NCBI GenBank assembly: GCA_029856105.1
Contig: JAHQWH010000210.1
Location: forward strand, 22,685-86,684
DNA length: 64,000 nt
Direction of reading: 5' to 3'
Source of the DNA: Promethearchaeia archaeon
GTDB taxonomy: Archaea > Asgardarchaeota > Lokiarchaeia > Sigyniarchaeales > SOKP01
Shown here: positions 1-9,487 of the stretch, piece by piece
How the letters are laid out: every line of letters begins with the position of its first letter
Position numbering within the stretch: the first letter of the stretch is position 1
Notes under the pieces: generated by a model
What the model saw: only the letters and a program-made list of their open reading frames with translations
Databases searched by the model: none
What the model was told of the DNA's origin: nothing
Translations under genes and position numbers: made by a program

Positions 1-1193
1 CCATCCCGAGTAGATCGTAGATCTTCGGTTGAATTTTTTGTTTTAAAAAACCCTAATTCGTTTGTTTCAATCCCCAACATTTCGGCAAGCTTTTCGGTTC
101 CCTTACGGGGGATCACTGCGTTTGCCAATACAACCAAATCAAATTCACTAGTTTCAACGTCTCCCGTATCTAGGTTCGCGTGTTTTACAAAAAGGTTATG
201 ATTCTCGGGATTTTCTCGAATATCACCGGGAATGCCGCGAAAATAAATTAATTTGTATTCATCTTTTGCTCTTTCAATGAATTCTTCTTGGTTTTTTCCG
301 ATTACACGAGTATCGTTGAAAAAGATCGTAACATTTGTGTCTGGAGCGTGTTCTCGAGTGACTACCCCTTCTTTGGCCATATACATGCAACAGAATTTCG
401 AACAATAAGCACATAGATCCTCATTTCGAGAACCAACGCACCCAATAAAACCAATTTCGATAGCATGTTTTTTATCTGAAGGTCTAAGCAATTGTCCTTC
501 AGTAGGACCAGACGCGCTTAATAAACGTTCATATTGCATTGCTGTAATAACATTAGGATATTCTCCGTAATGATATCTATCTATTGGTGTTGGATCTAAT
601 AAGTCTATTCCTGTAGCAACAATAATTGATGCCACATCATACTCAACTATTTCGTCTTTCATATCCCAATTAATAGCTTCAGCTTCACACTCTTTTTCGC
701 ATATTTGGCACGCATTTTTCGTTAGATATAGACATTTTTCAGCATCAATGACTGCCTTTCTTGGCACGGCTTGTGGAAAAGGTATATATATTGCTGTGCG
801 GTTTCCCATTTCTTCTTCGAACTCACTCGGAATCTTTTTCATGGGACACTTTTCCATGCAAGCGCCACAACCTGTACATTTATCCCAATCAACATATGTT
901 GATTTTTTTAATACTTTTACTTTAAAATTACCTGCTTCGCCAGATACTTCTTGAACTTCCGAATACATGAGAAGTTCTATGTTAGGATGTCTAGCTACTT
1001 CCACCATTTTTGGTGCTAAAATACAAATCGAACAATCTAAGGTTGGAAATGTTTTATCAAGTTGAGCCATACGTCCACCGACCGAGGATGTTTTTTCGAC
1101 TAGAATTACCTTATAACCTTGTTCACCCAAAGTAAGGCTGGCTTCAATTCCCGAAATTCCTGCTCCTATTACCATTATATTACTATTTGGCAT
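1..1193 (-). CDS. hdrA: Heterodisulfide reductase subunit A-like flavo-Fe-S protein (3' end runs off window)
   Basis: Not in ORF track; manual translation from ATG at 1193: MPNSNIMVIGAGISG (FAD), GGRMAQLDKTFPTLDCSICILAPKM, CTGCGACMEKCP, GCVGSR...YCSKFCCMY, all HdrA signatures. Confidence 0.93.
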   Translation of the reverse strand, partial: MPNSNIMVIGAGISGIEASLTLGEQGYKVILVEKTSSVGGRMAQLDKTFPTLDCSICILAPKMVEVARHPNIELLMYSEVQEVSGEAGNFKVKVLKKSTYVDWDKCTGCGACMEKCPMKKIPSEFEEEMGNRTAIYIPFPQAVPRKAVIDAEKCLYLTKNACQICEKECEAEAINWDMKDEIVEYDVASIIVATGIDLLDPTPIDRYHYGEYPNVITAMQYERLLSASGPTEGQLLRPSDKKHAIEIGFIGCVGSRNEDLCAYCSKFCCMYMAKEGVVTREHAPDTNVTIFFNDTRVIGKNQEEFIERAKDEYKLIYFRGIPGDIRENPENHNLFVKHANLDTGDVETSEFDLVVLANAVIPRKGTEKLAEMLGIETNELGFFKTKNSTEDLRSTRD

Positions 1194-1790
1194 AATTATT
1201 TCTTCAGTTTTTGTTTTTTTTTTAATATTTTTTATTAATTTTCGTTGCTTATCTTAAATTAATTGTCCTTTTTGAAAATAATTGTTTATATTATAAACTT
1301 ATATTTTTATAATTTACTTAATAGGTTAAAAGTATATATAAATATTTCTCTATTTGACGAAAAAGAAAAGTTTTATGTTGAAAATTTATAAAAAAAAAGT
1401 TTCTTTGATCAAAATTATGATTTTATTATTCTTATTTTAATAAATTTTTGCTCAAAAAGTGTCAATTTGGCAATAGAGCATTTCTTCTCTAAGTAGATTG
1501 ATGACATTTTCGTTAATTTTACGATTTTTAAGATTTCAGATATCTAAATAGTTAAAAATAACGATAAATAATAACAAGTAGATAGTGCTTATCAAAATGT
1601 TATAAAAATTAATAGAAGATTGTAGAAATCGATTTAATTTTTTCTAAAAATATAAAGTCATATTATATAGATATTAATCAATATAATAAAATAAAACAAG
1701 TTAATAATCAAATAATAAACAATTAATACAATAAGAATCCGACGAAAGCTTTATTGATACTTGTGGGATTCTAAAAACGTACTGAAAATC

Positions 1791-2471
1791 ATGAAAATAG
1801 TTGTATCTGGCCCTCTTCAGTGTGGAAAATCAAGTTTTATCAGAAATTTAGACGAAAAAGCTTTAAATGTCGAAGCAAAAGCTAGGGATAATAAGTTTTA
1901 TACGGTTGGAATGGACTTAGGTATTGTTAGATTAAATGGGTTTGATGTTTTTCTATTTGGAACTCCAGGTTTATTAAGATTCAATGTTATGAGAGATGTA
2001 ATCATTCAAGGGGCTGATGGGGTTATTTTTATTTTTGATGCGGCTCATCCTGAAAAAGATGAAGATGCATTAATCATATTAAATGCCCTTAGAAAAACAA
2101 TAGGGGTTGATACGCCAATAGTTTATTTAGCAAACAAGCAAGATATTGCTGGTGCGAGACACGCTGAGGTGGTAAGATCACAGAATTACTTACGCGATGA
2201 CGCTGTAATTTTTCCGACAAGCACAAGGACAGGAGAAAATTTAAAAGAATCTTTAAAATATCTTGTAAATCTGATATACGACAATTATTCTTCCCTTCTC
2301 ACAGTACTTCGTTCATATGAAACAAATATCGATGGATTGGCCGAAAAATTAGAAAAAAATCCTGTTGAGATGAGAGATTTGTTAAACAACCTTGAAATAA
2401 AGAGATTTATTGAGGTTGACAGGACCTCAAGAAGTTACAAAGTAAAACATGGCTTAAAACTCTTGTTATAA
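1791..2471 (+). CDS. MglA/conservon-type small GTPase with C-terminal winged-helix-like extension
   Basis: G1 GPLQCGKS, switch I TVGMDLG, G3 FGTPGLLRF, G4 NKQD; extra C-terminal ~60 aa with HTH-wing pattern; ATG at 1791 preferred over TTG at 1761. Confidence 0.85.
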   Translation: MKIVVSGPLQCGKSSFIRNLDEKALNVEAKARDNKFYTVGMDLGIVRLNGFDVFLFGTPGLLRFNVMRDVIIQGADGVIFIFDAAHPEKDEDALIILNALRKTIGVDTPIVYLANKQDIAGARHAEVVRSQNYLRDDAVIFPTSTRTGENLKESLKYLVNLIYDNYSSLLTVLRSYETNIDGLAEKLEKNPVEMRDLLNNLEIKRFIEVDRTSRSYKVKHGLKLLL

Positions 2472-2522
2472 AGAATTTTATTTATTAGCCATATAGTTTG
2501 TTTTTTGATAATTAATTAACTT

Positions 2523-4415
2523 TTACGGCCAATCAGAGGGCAAGATTTCGTCTTTTCCATATTTCTTTAATAACTCATTTAATTCCGATCTTTGTTTAGA
2601 ATGTACTTCCCAGAAAAAATTTGGAATGTCTTTTTCTGCCTTATACATTTCTTCCATGCGATCCAATTTGTTAAGTATGTTTTTGATTCTTAGTTTAAAT
2701 TGCTCTGTGTAATCTTCTTGAGAATAATTTTTATCTAATTCTAATTTAAACAATGCTTTCAGATCTTCATATTTCGGAAGATATCCAATCGGGGTTTCAA
2801 TCGCGTCGAAGTCTCCTTGAGTACGACCTTCCGCCCAAATAACCCATACTTTCTTATCCAATATTTCATTTAAGTATTTGCCTTCTTTGCTTTTAAGAAA
2901 GTAATTAGTAGAGAATACTTGAGGACAATGTTTTAATTTCTTGCCAAATTTTTGGTGGTTTTTTAAGTATTTTCCCAATGGCACGACTAGAAAATCTAAA
3001 TTAGCCATTGGACTAGCTTTTCTAACACCTACCGCACCAAGAGTGGCTGATGTTGTTTCAGATTCGATAGTAGCCCCTAAGAAGACTCCGTGCTCCCAAT
3101 TTAGACTTTCAACGACAGGAGGCATAGTATCTGAATCTCTACCGCCATAAAAAATTCCATGGATTGGTACGCCATTAGGGTCCTCTAGTTTGGGATCGCA
3201 ATTAGATAGGTCAGAAAGATTTATTGTGTACCGGGCATTTGGATGGGAGTGAAGGATATTATTCCCATTTTCGTCAGTTTTTCCTTCAAACCAATTACCA
3301 GAATAATTAAAGCCTTCTTTAGGGTGATCTTTACCCATCCCAAGCCAATATGGCTTTCCGTCCTTTATGAGAACATTAGAATAAATTAATTCTCTTGGCG
3401 TTATAAGCGCTTCGTAAATTACGGGATCGTCTTTAGGATTTACATCTTTTATAATTCCAAATATTCCCTTTTCTATGTTAACGGCGTGAGTAAATCCGTC
3501 ATTCCAAGCGCGTAAATAAGCAATGTCATCCCCTACAATTAGTTGTTCTGGAAGCATAGCAGTTGATGTTTTTCCACAAGCGCTTGGAAAAGCTCCAGTA
3601 AAATAAGTAGTGCGCTCTTTTCCTGTAGGACGAACCCCCAATATAAAATAATGTTCTGTGAGCCAATCTTCATTATTTGCCTTATTTATTGCTAATCGTA
3701 GAGCTAATTTCTTTAATCCTAGAGAGTTACCAGCGTATTGATTATTTACAGACAAAACCCGATCTTCTTGTAAGTCTACATATATACGACGTTTACCGAT
3801 ATTTTTAGTAACTGGAGGATTTCCATCGAGTTCACCAGCAGAATGAATGAAGTAAAAGAAATCATCAGAACCATTAAGATCTTTGAATTCTTCGTAGCCG
3901 ACACGATACAAAAGGTCTTCTGAATGTGCGACATAAAACGAATCAGTGAGTTGTAGAGCTCCGATTGTAAATTTAGAATTTAGTGGACCAAGGCAGAAAA
4001 ATCTTACAAGACATTCTTTTCCTTTCATGCATCCATCCATAATTTCTAACACTTCTTTGAGTGCTTCATCCCTATCCATTGTATTTATCCAGGGGCTCCT
4101 ATATTCGCTTTTAGGAATTAACACTTTAGTGTTTTCTTTATCTCTTGCTTGATCGTAATAGCTATCGTAATGGATAGTATGTCCATTTATCTGAAGTTTA
4201 GTTTCTTCGTTAATGTCTATGGTTTTTTGTCTCACATATTCGATATCTTCTTTAGAATCAGAAATTACTGTAACCTTACTAGGTTTACATAAGTCAATAA
4301 ATTGTTTTATAATCTTTAAGACATGCTCATTCTTCAAATTAAACAATTTTTCGACATCATCTTGAGATATTAAATCTCTGTCCACAAAATTCGCAAAATC
4401 TTTTTTTTTGTCCAT
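2523..4415 (-). CDS. pckG: Phosphoenolpyruvate carboxykinase (GTP)
   Basis: AFPSACGKTS, VGDDIAY, HPNARY, GNSLGLKKLALR motifs; 630 aa. Confidence 0.95.
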   Translation of the reverse strand: MDKKKDFANFVDRDLISQDDVEKLFNLKNEHVLKIIKQFIDLCKPSKVTVISDSKEDIEYVRQKTIDINEETKLQINGHTIHYDSYYDQARDKENTKVLIPKSEYRSPWINTMDRDEALKEVLEIMDGCMKGKECLVRFFCLGPLNSKFTIGALQLTDSFYVAHSEDLLYRVGYEEFKDLNGSDDFFYFIHSAGELDGNPPVTKNIGKRRIYVDLQEDRVLSVNNQYAGNSLGLKKLALRLAINKANNEDWLTEHYFILGVRPTGKERTTYFTGAFPSACGKTSTAMLPEQLIVGDDIAYLRAWNDGFTHAVNIEKGIFGIIKDVNPKDDPVIYEALITPRELIYSNVLIKDGKPYWLGMGKDHPKEGFNYSGNWFEGKTDENGNNILHSHPNARYTINLSDLSNCDPKLEDPNGVPIHGIFYGGRDSDTMPPVVESLNWEHGVFLGATIESETTSATLGAVGVRKASPMANLDFLVVPLGKYLKNHQKFGKKLKHCPQVFSTNYFLKSKEGKYLNEILDKKVWVIWAEGRTQGDFDAIETPIGYLPKYEDLKALFKLELDKNYSQEDYTEQFKLRIKNILNKLDRMEEMYKAEKDIPNFFWEVHSKQRSELNELLKKYGKDEILPSDWP

Positions 4416-4577
4416 CTTAATTCAAGTGAATAAATTTTTTAAGTTTATGGATAAAAAAGTGAAATTTTTATTAAAAATCTTTTTGAAGTTAGTGAAAAAT
4501 TGAAAAACTTTTAGATAATATTCTAAAATCAACAAAAAGAAGAAAAAAATTAAGAAAAAAATAAAGTAATTTACATT

Positions 4578-6164
4578 TTACATTCCAGGAGGTCTAGAGC
4601 CTTTAGCGCTGATAATTCGATCTACTCTTAAAATTAAATTTGCTAATTCACTTCCCGCTTTGATTACGTGGCTAACAAGAGCAGCGGGTTCAACTATCCC
4701 CTTTTTAAAATTATCTTCGATCTTATTGGATATAGTATCAATTCCAACCCATTTTTCGTTATCTGTTTTGTGAGCAGCGCGTAATTCCGTCATATTCTCA
4801 ATTTCATCTAATCCAGCGTTTTTGATTAGAGTTTTTGGAATTTCTTCTAATGCTATAGCAAAGGCGTTTACGGCAAGTTGTTCTTTCCCGCTAATTTGAT
4901 TTGCAAATTCTCTAAGTCTCTTCGCAAGCTCGATATATATAGCACCACCACCAGCAACCACGGTTTCTGTGTCCATTACTTTAGCAACTACAGAGAGGAC
5001 ATCGTTTAAGGTAATTTCTGCGGAATCTAGAAGTTTCTCTAAGCCTCCTTTTAGTATTATTGATACTGACTTAGGGTTTTTACATCCACTGAATAAAACA
5101 TAATCGTTGTTAGCAAGTTTTTCAAATTTTACATTTTCTGCAAACCCTAAATCTTCTTCGGATAAAGAGTGGAGATCAGCAACTTTTTCTGCTCCAGTAG
5201 CTTTTGTAACGGCTTTTATGTCTGAATCGCCGAGATTTTTTATCGCAACGATTCCTTCTCTCGCTAGAAATGCACCGAATTTATCGGAAATGTCTTGATT
5301 ATTAACGATCATATTCACTCCTAGATCTTTAAAGATTTTTAAGTAATCTAGCAGGATTTTATCTTCTTGATCGAGAAACTTTTGAATGTCAGCTGGGTTA
5401 GATATTCTAATTTGGGAATCGAATTCTGTTTTAACAACATCTAATTTTCTTTTAATAACGGCTATTTTCGCGTTTTTTACTACTTCTGGCATGGCGGGAT
5501 TGACTCGTTCTTTCGCAATGTAGACTCCATTTATAAGCTCAGATTCTTGGAGCGATTTTCCGGGCACCTTAACAATTAATACATTCCCTACTTTCGAAAA
5601 AGTATCTTTGGCATCTCCCTTTACGTGTTTTATGGCTTGTAAAGTTAATTCTGAAAAATGATCTTTTACACCTATAATATCTTGAGCATTCATAGCAGTT
5701 TTAGCGATATTAATAAGAATTTTATCATCGTCTGGAGATATTTTAACAGCGATATCATTTATAATCTCTAAAGATTTTTTTGCTGCCATGCGGAATCCAT
5801 GAGTAATAGGTTTTGGATGTATATCTTGTTCAATTAATTCTAGAGCGTTTCCCAATAAAGCAGCTGAGAAGATGACAGCTGTAGTAGTACCATCACCGAT
5901 ATCATCATCAATCGATTTGGCGATATTTACCATCATATTCGCAGCAACATTATCAATATCAAGCTTCTTTAATATTTCGGCGCCATCGTTCGTTATTGTT
6001 ACGTCCCCTATAGAATCTACAAGCATTTTATTCATGCCTTTTGGTCCAAGAGTAGATTTTACGGATTCAGTAATTGCTATAATCGCATTTATGTTTTGCA
6101 TCCGAGCTTCTTTCTCTTTAGTTTCCTCAGTTCCTTCTTTTAATATTATTATTGGTACAGACAT
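4578..6164 (-). CDS. Thermosome (group II chaperonin) subunit
   Basis: STLGPKGMNKML, TITNDGA, GDGTTT, VAGGGA, GIVEP; 528 aa. Confidence 0.95.
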   Translation of the reverse strand: MSVPIIILKEGTEETKEKEARMQNINAIIAITESVKSTLGPKGMNKMLVDSIGDVTITNDGAEILKKLDIDNVAANMMVNIAKSIDDDIGDGTTTAVIFSAALLGNALELIEQDIHPKPITHGFRMAAKKSLEIINDIAVKISPDDDKILINIAKTAMNAQDIIGVKDHFSELTLQAIKHVKGDAKDTFSKVGNVLIVKVPGKSLQESELINGVYIAKERVNPAMPEVVKNAKIAVIKRKLDVVKTEFDSQIRISNPADIQKFLDQEDKILLDYLKIFKDLGVNMIVNNQDISDKFGAFLAREGIVAIKNLGDSDIKAVTKATGAEKVADLHSLSEEDLGFAENVKFEKLANNDYVLFSGCKNPKSVSIILKGGLEKLLDSAEITLNDVLSVVAKVMDTETVVAGGGAIYIELAKRLREFANQISGKEQLAVNAFAIALEEIPKTLIKNAGLDEIENMTELRAAHKTDNEKWVGIDTISNKIEDNFKKGIVEPAALVSHVIKAGSELANLILRVDRIISAKGSRPPGM

Positions 6165-6273
6165 AATTTTATGTGTTTTTTTAATTTTTAATATAAAGAA
6201 ATATAAGAAGAATTCAATAATAATTTTATGATTTGGAGATCATTTAAATGTAAAAAACTTCAATAACAAAAAT

Positions 6274-6338
6274 TATAAATTTTACAATAAATATTGAATT
6301 GTTGTAATATAAATTTTACAATAAATATTGAATTGTTG
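6274..6338. repeat. Tandem 31-bp direct repeat (period 34) in the divergent thermosome/Lrp promoter region
   Basis: TATAAATTTTACAATAAATATTGAATTGTTG at 6274-6304 and 6308-6338, identical copies, 3-nt spacer. Confidence 0.9.
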
Positions 6339-6382
6339 AACAATTTTAAAGAATATATCACTTTTTTTGGTCTCGTTTAAAA

Positions 6383-6841
6383 ATGAAAAAAGAAAAAATC
6401 TTGGACGATATCGACAAGGAAATCTTAAAAATCTTGCAAAATAACTCTAAAACATCTTATCGAGTTATTCAAGACAAGTTAAATATCTCTATCGGTACTA
6501 TTCATAATAGAATAGCAAAACTCGAAAATAATGGTATAATAGAGGGTTACACTCTTAAACTCAACAACGAAAAGCTCGGTTACAAGTTAACATTTTTAAT
6601 AAGAATACAAATTGATGGTAAACACACACCTGAAATTTTGGACCAAATATCAAAAATACCTGAGGTTTGTTCTGTCTTTCATACTACTGGGGAGCAGTCC
6701 GCAGCTTTAATTTGCCGTTTTAAAGAAGCAGAAGATGTCCATCATTTTATTAGGGTGTTAAATGAGAAAGAATACGTAACGAAGACTATTTCTAATATGG
6801 TTCTAAAAGAATACCGCCCTCGTTCAAGTATTCAATTTTAA
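6383..6841 (+). CDS. Lrp/AsnC family transcriptional regulator
   Basis: LDDIDKEILKILQ...HNRIAKLENNGIIEGY HTH plus RAM domain (HTTGE). Confidence 0.93.
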   Translation: MKKEKILDDIDKEILKILQNNSKTSYRVIQDKLNISIGTIHNRIAKLENNGIIEGYTLKLNNEKLGYKLTFLIRIQIDGKHTPEILDQISKIPEVCSVFHTTGEQSAALICRFKEAEDVHHFIRVLNEKEYVTKTISNMVLKEYRPRSSIQF

Positions 6842-7007
6842 GACTGTAGAGTAATTAAAAAATTCACAATTTTTATTCTATAGTTAAAGTAAAGACTATT
6901 TTATCTAATCTTTTTTATCTTCTGGGAGAGATTTAATTTATAATAAATTTAATATATAATGTAATATCTTCGAGTTATGCCTTTTGATGCCATATTTGTG
7001 CCACATA

Positions 7008-7637
7008 TCAAATAGAATTGACATTTTTACCTATTAATAACCACATTGTATGACATTCTGTATCTTTAGAATAGTTTTTGTGAAAATATTCAAATAGGTC
7101 AACAATATTCAAAAATTTAAAGTCCTCCCGAAGCTCCTCTTCTGAACAGAAATGAATGAAGAACTCACTTTGAAATGAATTTGGATCATTTTTTACGGAT
7201 ACGCCTTTTCCATAATATTGTTTATCATTTGAGGAAAGTGTACTCAAGAAAAAAAAACCATTTGTTTTTAAAATCTTCTTGATTTTAAGAAAAAATGTGG
7301 TTCTATCAGCTATATTAAAGAAATGGTACACACCTGAAATGTAAATTATATCATATTGAGTATCATCTAAATCCTTCCAATCCATGCATTCAAATGTGAC
7401 ATTATCTTTGTTTGAATTAAGCTCAATTGCATTTTCTATAGCTTTTAATGAAATATCAATTCCTTGTATTATGAGATTATCTAAATTCGAAGATAAAAAG
7501 TCGATATCGCGTCCATCGCCACATCCAATGTCTAGAAATGTGAATTGATTAGATTTAATCAATTTTTTTTGAAGAAAACTTAAAGCTACACTAGCAGTTT
7601 TACTAACTTTATCATCGCCACTTGGTATATGGTTCAT
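7008..7637 (-). CDS. Class I SAM-dependent methyltransferase
   Basis: FLDIGCGDGRD motif I, GIDIS, ILKTNGFF. Confidence 0.85.
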   Translation of the reverse strand: MNHIPSGDDKVSKTASVALSFLQKKLIKSNQFTFLDIGCGDGRDIDFLSSNLDNLIIQGIDISLKAIENAIELNSNKDNVTFECMDWKDLDDTQYDIIYISGVYHFFNIADRTTFFLKIKKILKTNGFFFLSTLSSNDKQYYGKGVSVKNDPNSFQSEFFIHFCSEEELREDFKFLNIVDLFEYFHKNYSKDTECHTMWLLIGKNVNSI

Positions 7638-7684
7638 ACATTTACTTAATCAAAGGAGAGTTAAAAAATTGAATGAAAAACTTG

Positions 7685-7739
7685 GCATTTATTTTGTAAG
7701 ACTTTGCATTTATTTGGAAAATTTAGCATTTATTTTGGA
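7685..7739. repeat. Three imperfect ~20-21-bp tandem copies with core GCATTTATTT
   Basis: Cores begin at 7685, 7706 and 7726; the last copy overlaps the msrB 3' end. Confidence 0.55.
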
Positions 7740-8136
7740 AATTCACAGGTTTAAAATCTAAAGAAATTGAATTGATACAATATCGTAATCCTTTGGGTTT
7801 AGGACCGTCGTCAAATACATGCCCCAAATGACCTCCACATTTGTTGCATAATACTTCCTCTCTTTCCAGGTCTAAACTGAGATCTGGCTTTATATCGACG
7901 TCTTTATCGCTTATAGGAACTGAAAAGCTAGGCCAACCGCAACCAGATTCAAATTGGGCGTTTGAATCAAATAGAGGCCCCCCACACCCAGCACAATAAT
8001 AAACGCCTTTTTCGCGATTATTCCAATATTTTCCTGAGAATGGTCGTTCGGTTCCTTTTAACCTTAACACGCGATACTGTTCTTTAGTTAATTTTTGCTT
8101 CCATTCGTCTTCAGATTTAGAATCTTTCGCTGTCAT
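7723..8136 (-). CDS. msrB: Peptide-methionine (R)-S-oxide reductase
   Basis: GTERPF, CAGC, SGCGWPSF, GHLGHVFDDGP, RYCINS; ATG at 8136 preferred. Confidence 0.95.
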   Translation of the reverse strand: MTAKDSKSEDEWKQKLTKEQYRVLRLKGTERPFSGKYWNNREKGVYYCAGCGGPLFDSNAQFESGCGWPSFSVPISDKDVDIKPDLSLDLEREEVLCNKCGGHLGHVFDDGPKPKGLRYCINSISLDFKPVNFQNKC

Positions 8137-8354
8137 AACAATAAAAGAGTAAAATGTAGATTTAATATACTTAGTGGTTATATCCACTTAATTAAATTCA
8201 TATTCTATTAACAAAAAGAAGTTGAAAATTAAAAAAAGTGTTTGAAATATTATTCGAGCACTTAAATAGTTCTTTAAGTATCAAAATTTTTATTTGGTTT
8301 CTATTTTTATAATTATCAATAATATACCTAAAAAAGCAAAAAAGAGAATTAAAA

Positions 8355-9443
8355 ATGCTTGATCCTTGGGGTTCCTCTGGTCCTACAAACGATGAGGATT
8401 ACGAGAGAATAAAAAGAGAGTTTGGAATTGAAGAGATTGACGAATTAGTTCGCCAAAAATTAATTAGAAATAGATTTATTCGGAGAAAAATCATTTTTGG
8501 GCATCGTGATTTGGGTTTAGTATTAAATGCAATCGAAAAAAAACAACCATGGGCTGTAATGAGTGGAATAAAACCATCTGGGCCATTTCATCTAGGAACC
8601 TCAACTACTGCCTTAGAAATTATTGAATTTCAAAAAATGGGAGGGAAGGCGTATTATTGTATAGCAGATATTGAATCTTGGGAGGATAATGGAATTACGT
8701 ACAAAGAGGCGGAACCAATTGCTGTTGATAATCTTGCAGACATATTAGCACTTGGTTTAGATCCTTCGCCTGATAAAGCATATATTTGGAGGCAATCAAA
8801 AGAACCTATTGTTAAAGATGTATGCTTTAAAGTAAGTAGATTAGTAACTCAAAACATGTTAAAGGCAATTTATGGAGAGAAGACATTTGGGCTTTATTTA
8901 TCCGCGCTAGTTCAAACCGGAGATATTATAATTCCTCAAATTTTAGAGGGGCCACAACCAGTTATAGTCCCCGTAGGGATCGATCAAGATCCACACATAA
9001 GACTTACTAGAGATCTTACGCGACGATATTACAAAACATTTTTCATACCAGGAGCTACTTATCATTATTTATTGGCAGGCATAGACGGATCAGAAAAAAT
9101 GGCAAAAAGAAATCCTAATAGTTATTTTACATTTAACGAACCTTTAGAATCTATAGAGAGAAAGGTTAAAGGAGCTCTTACGGGTGGACGTAAAAACAAG
9201 AAGGAACAACAAGAACTTGGCGGTGAACCTAAAAATTGTATGATTTATAAAATGTTAATGTACCACTTTGAAGATGATGATGCGGTTTTAGCTGATGAAT
9301 TTGAAAGGTGCATTAAAGGTGAGTTAATGTGCGGAGAGCATAAAGCACAATGCGCCGAAAAGGTTTTGAAATTTATTAAACAACATCAAAAGAAAAAGGA
9401 AAAACTAATTGATAAAGCTAGAGAGCTTTTAGATATCGAATAG
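8355..9443 (+). CDS. trpS: Tryptophan--tRNA ligase (archaeal type)
   Basis: PSGPFHLG, PVGIDQDPHIRLTRD, KMAK (KMSKS-like), ALTGGR. Confidence 0.92.
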   Translation: MLDPWGSSGPTNDEDYERIKREFGIEEIDELVRQKLIRNRFIRRKIIFGHRDLGLVLNAIEKKQPWAVMSGIKPSGPFHLGTSTTALEIIEFQKMGGKAYYCIADIESWEDNGITYKEAEPIAVDNLADILALGLDPSPDKAYIWRQSKEPIVKDVCFKVSRLVTQNMLKAIYGEKTFGLYLSALVQTGDIIIPQILEGPQPVIVPVGIDQDPHIRLTRDLTRRYYKTFFIPGATYHYLLAGIDGSEKMAKRNPNSYFTFNEPLESIERKVKGALTGGRKNKKEQQELGGEPKNCMIYKMLMYHFEDDDAVLADEFERCIKGELMCGEHKAQCAEKVLKFIKQHQKKKEKLIDKARELLDIE

Positions 9444-9487
9444 TTCTTAATTCCCTACCTACTATATGATGTAGATTTTGTGGAAAT

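Noticed and set aside
1-1193. Selenocysteine recoding in HdrA (a selenoprotein in some archaea)
   Set aside because: The visible frame is open and uses ordinary Cys codons (e.g. YCSKFCCMY); no in-frame TGA was seen, and the 3' part is outside the window.
1456-1510. Imperfect hairpin (GTGTCA...TAGAG/CTCTA...TGACAT) as a SECIS or ncRNA
   Set aside because: It lies 5' of both flanking genes, needs bulges and G-U pairs, has no associated TGA gene, and is plausible by chance in AT-rich DNA.
6274-6338. Mini CRISPR array
   Set aside because: Only two copies with a 3-nt spacer, and no cas genes.
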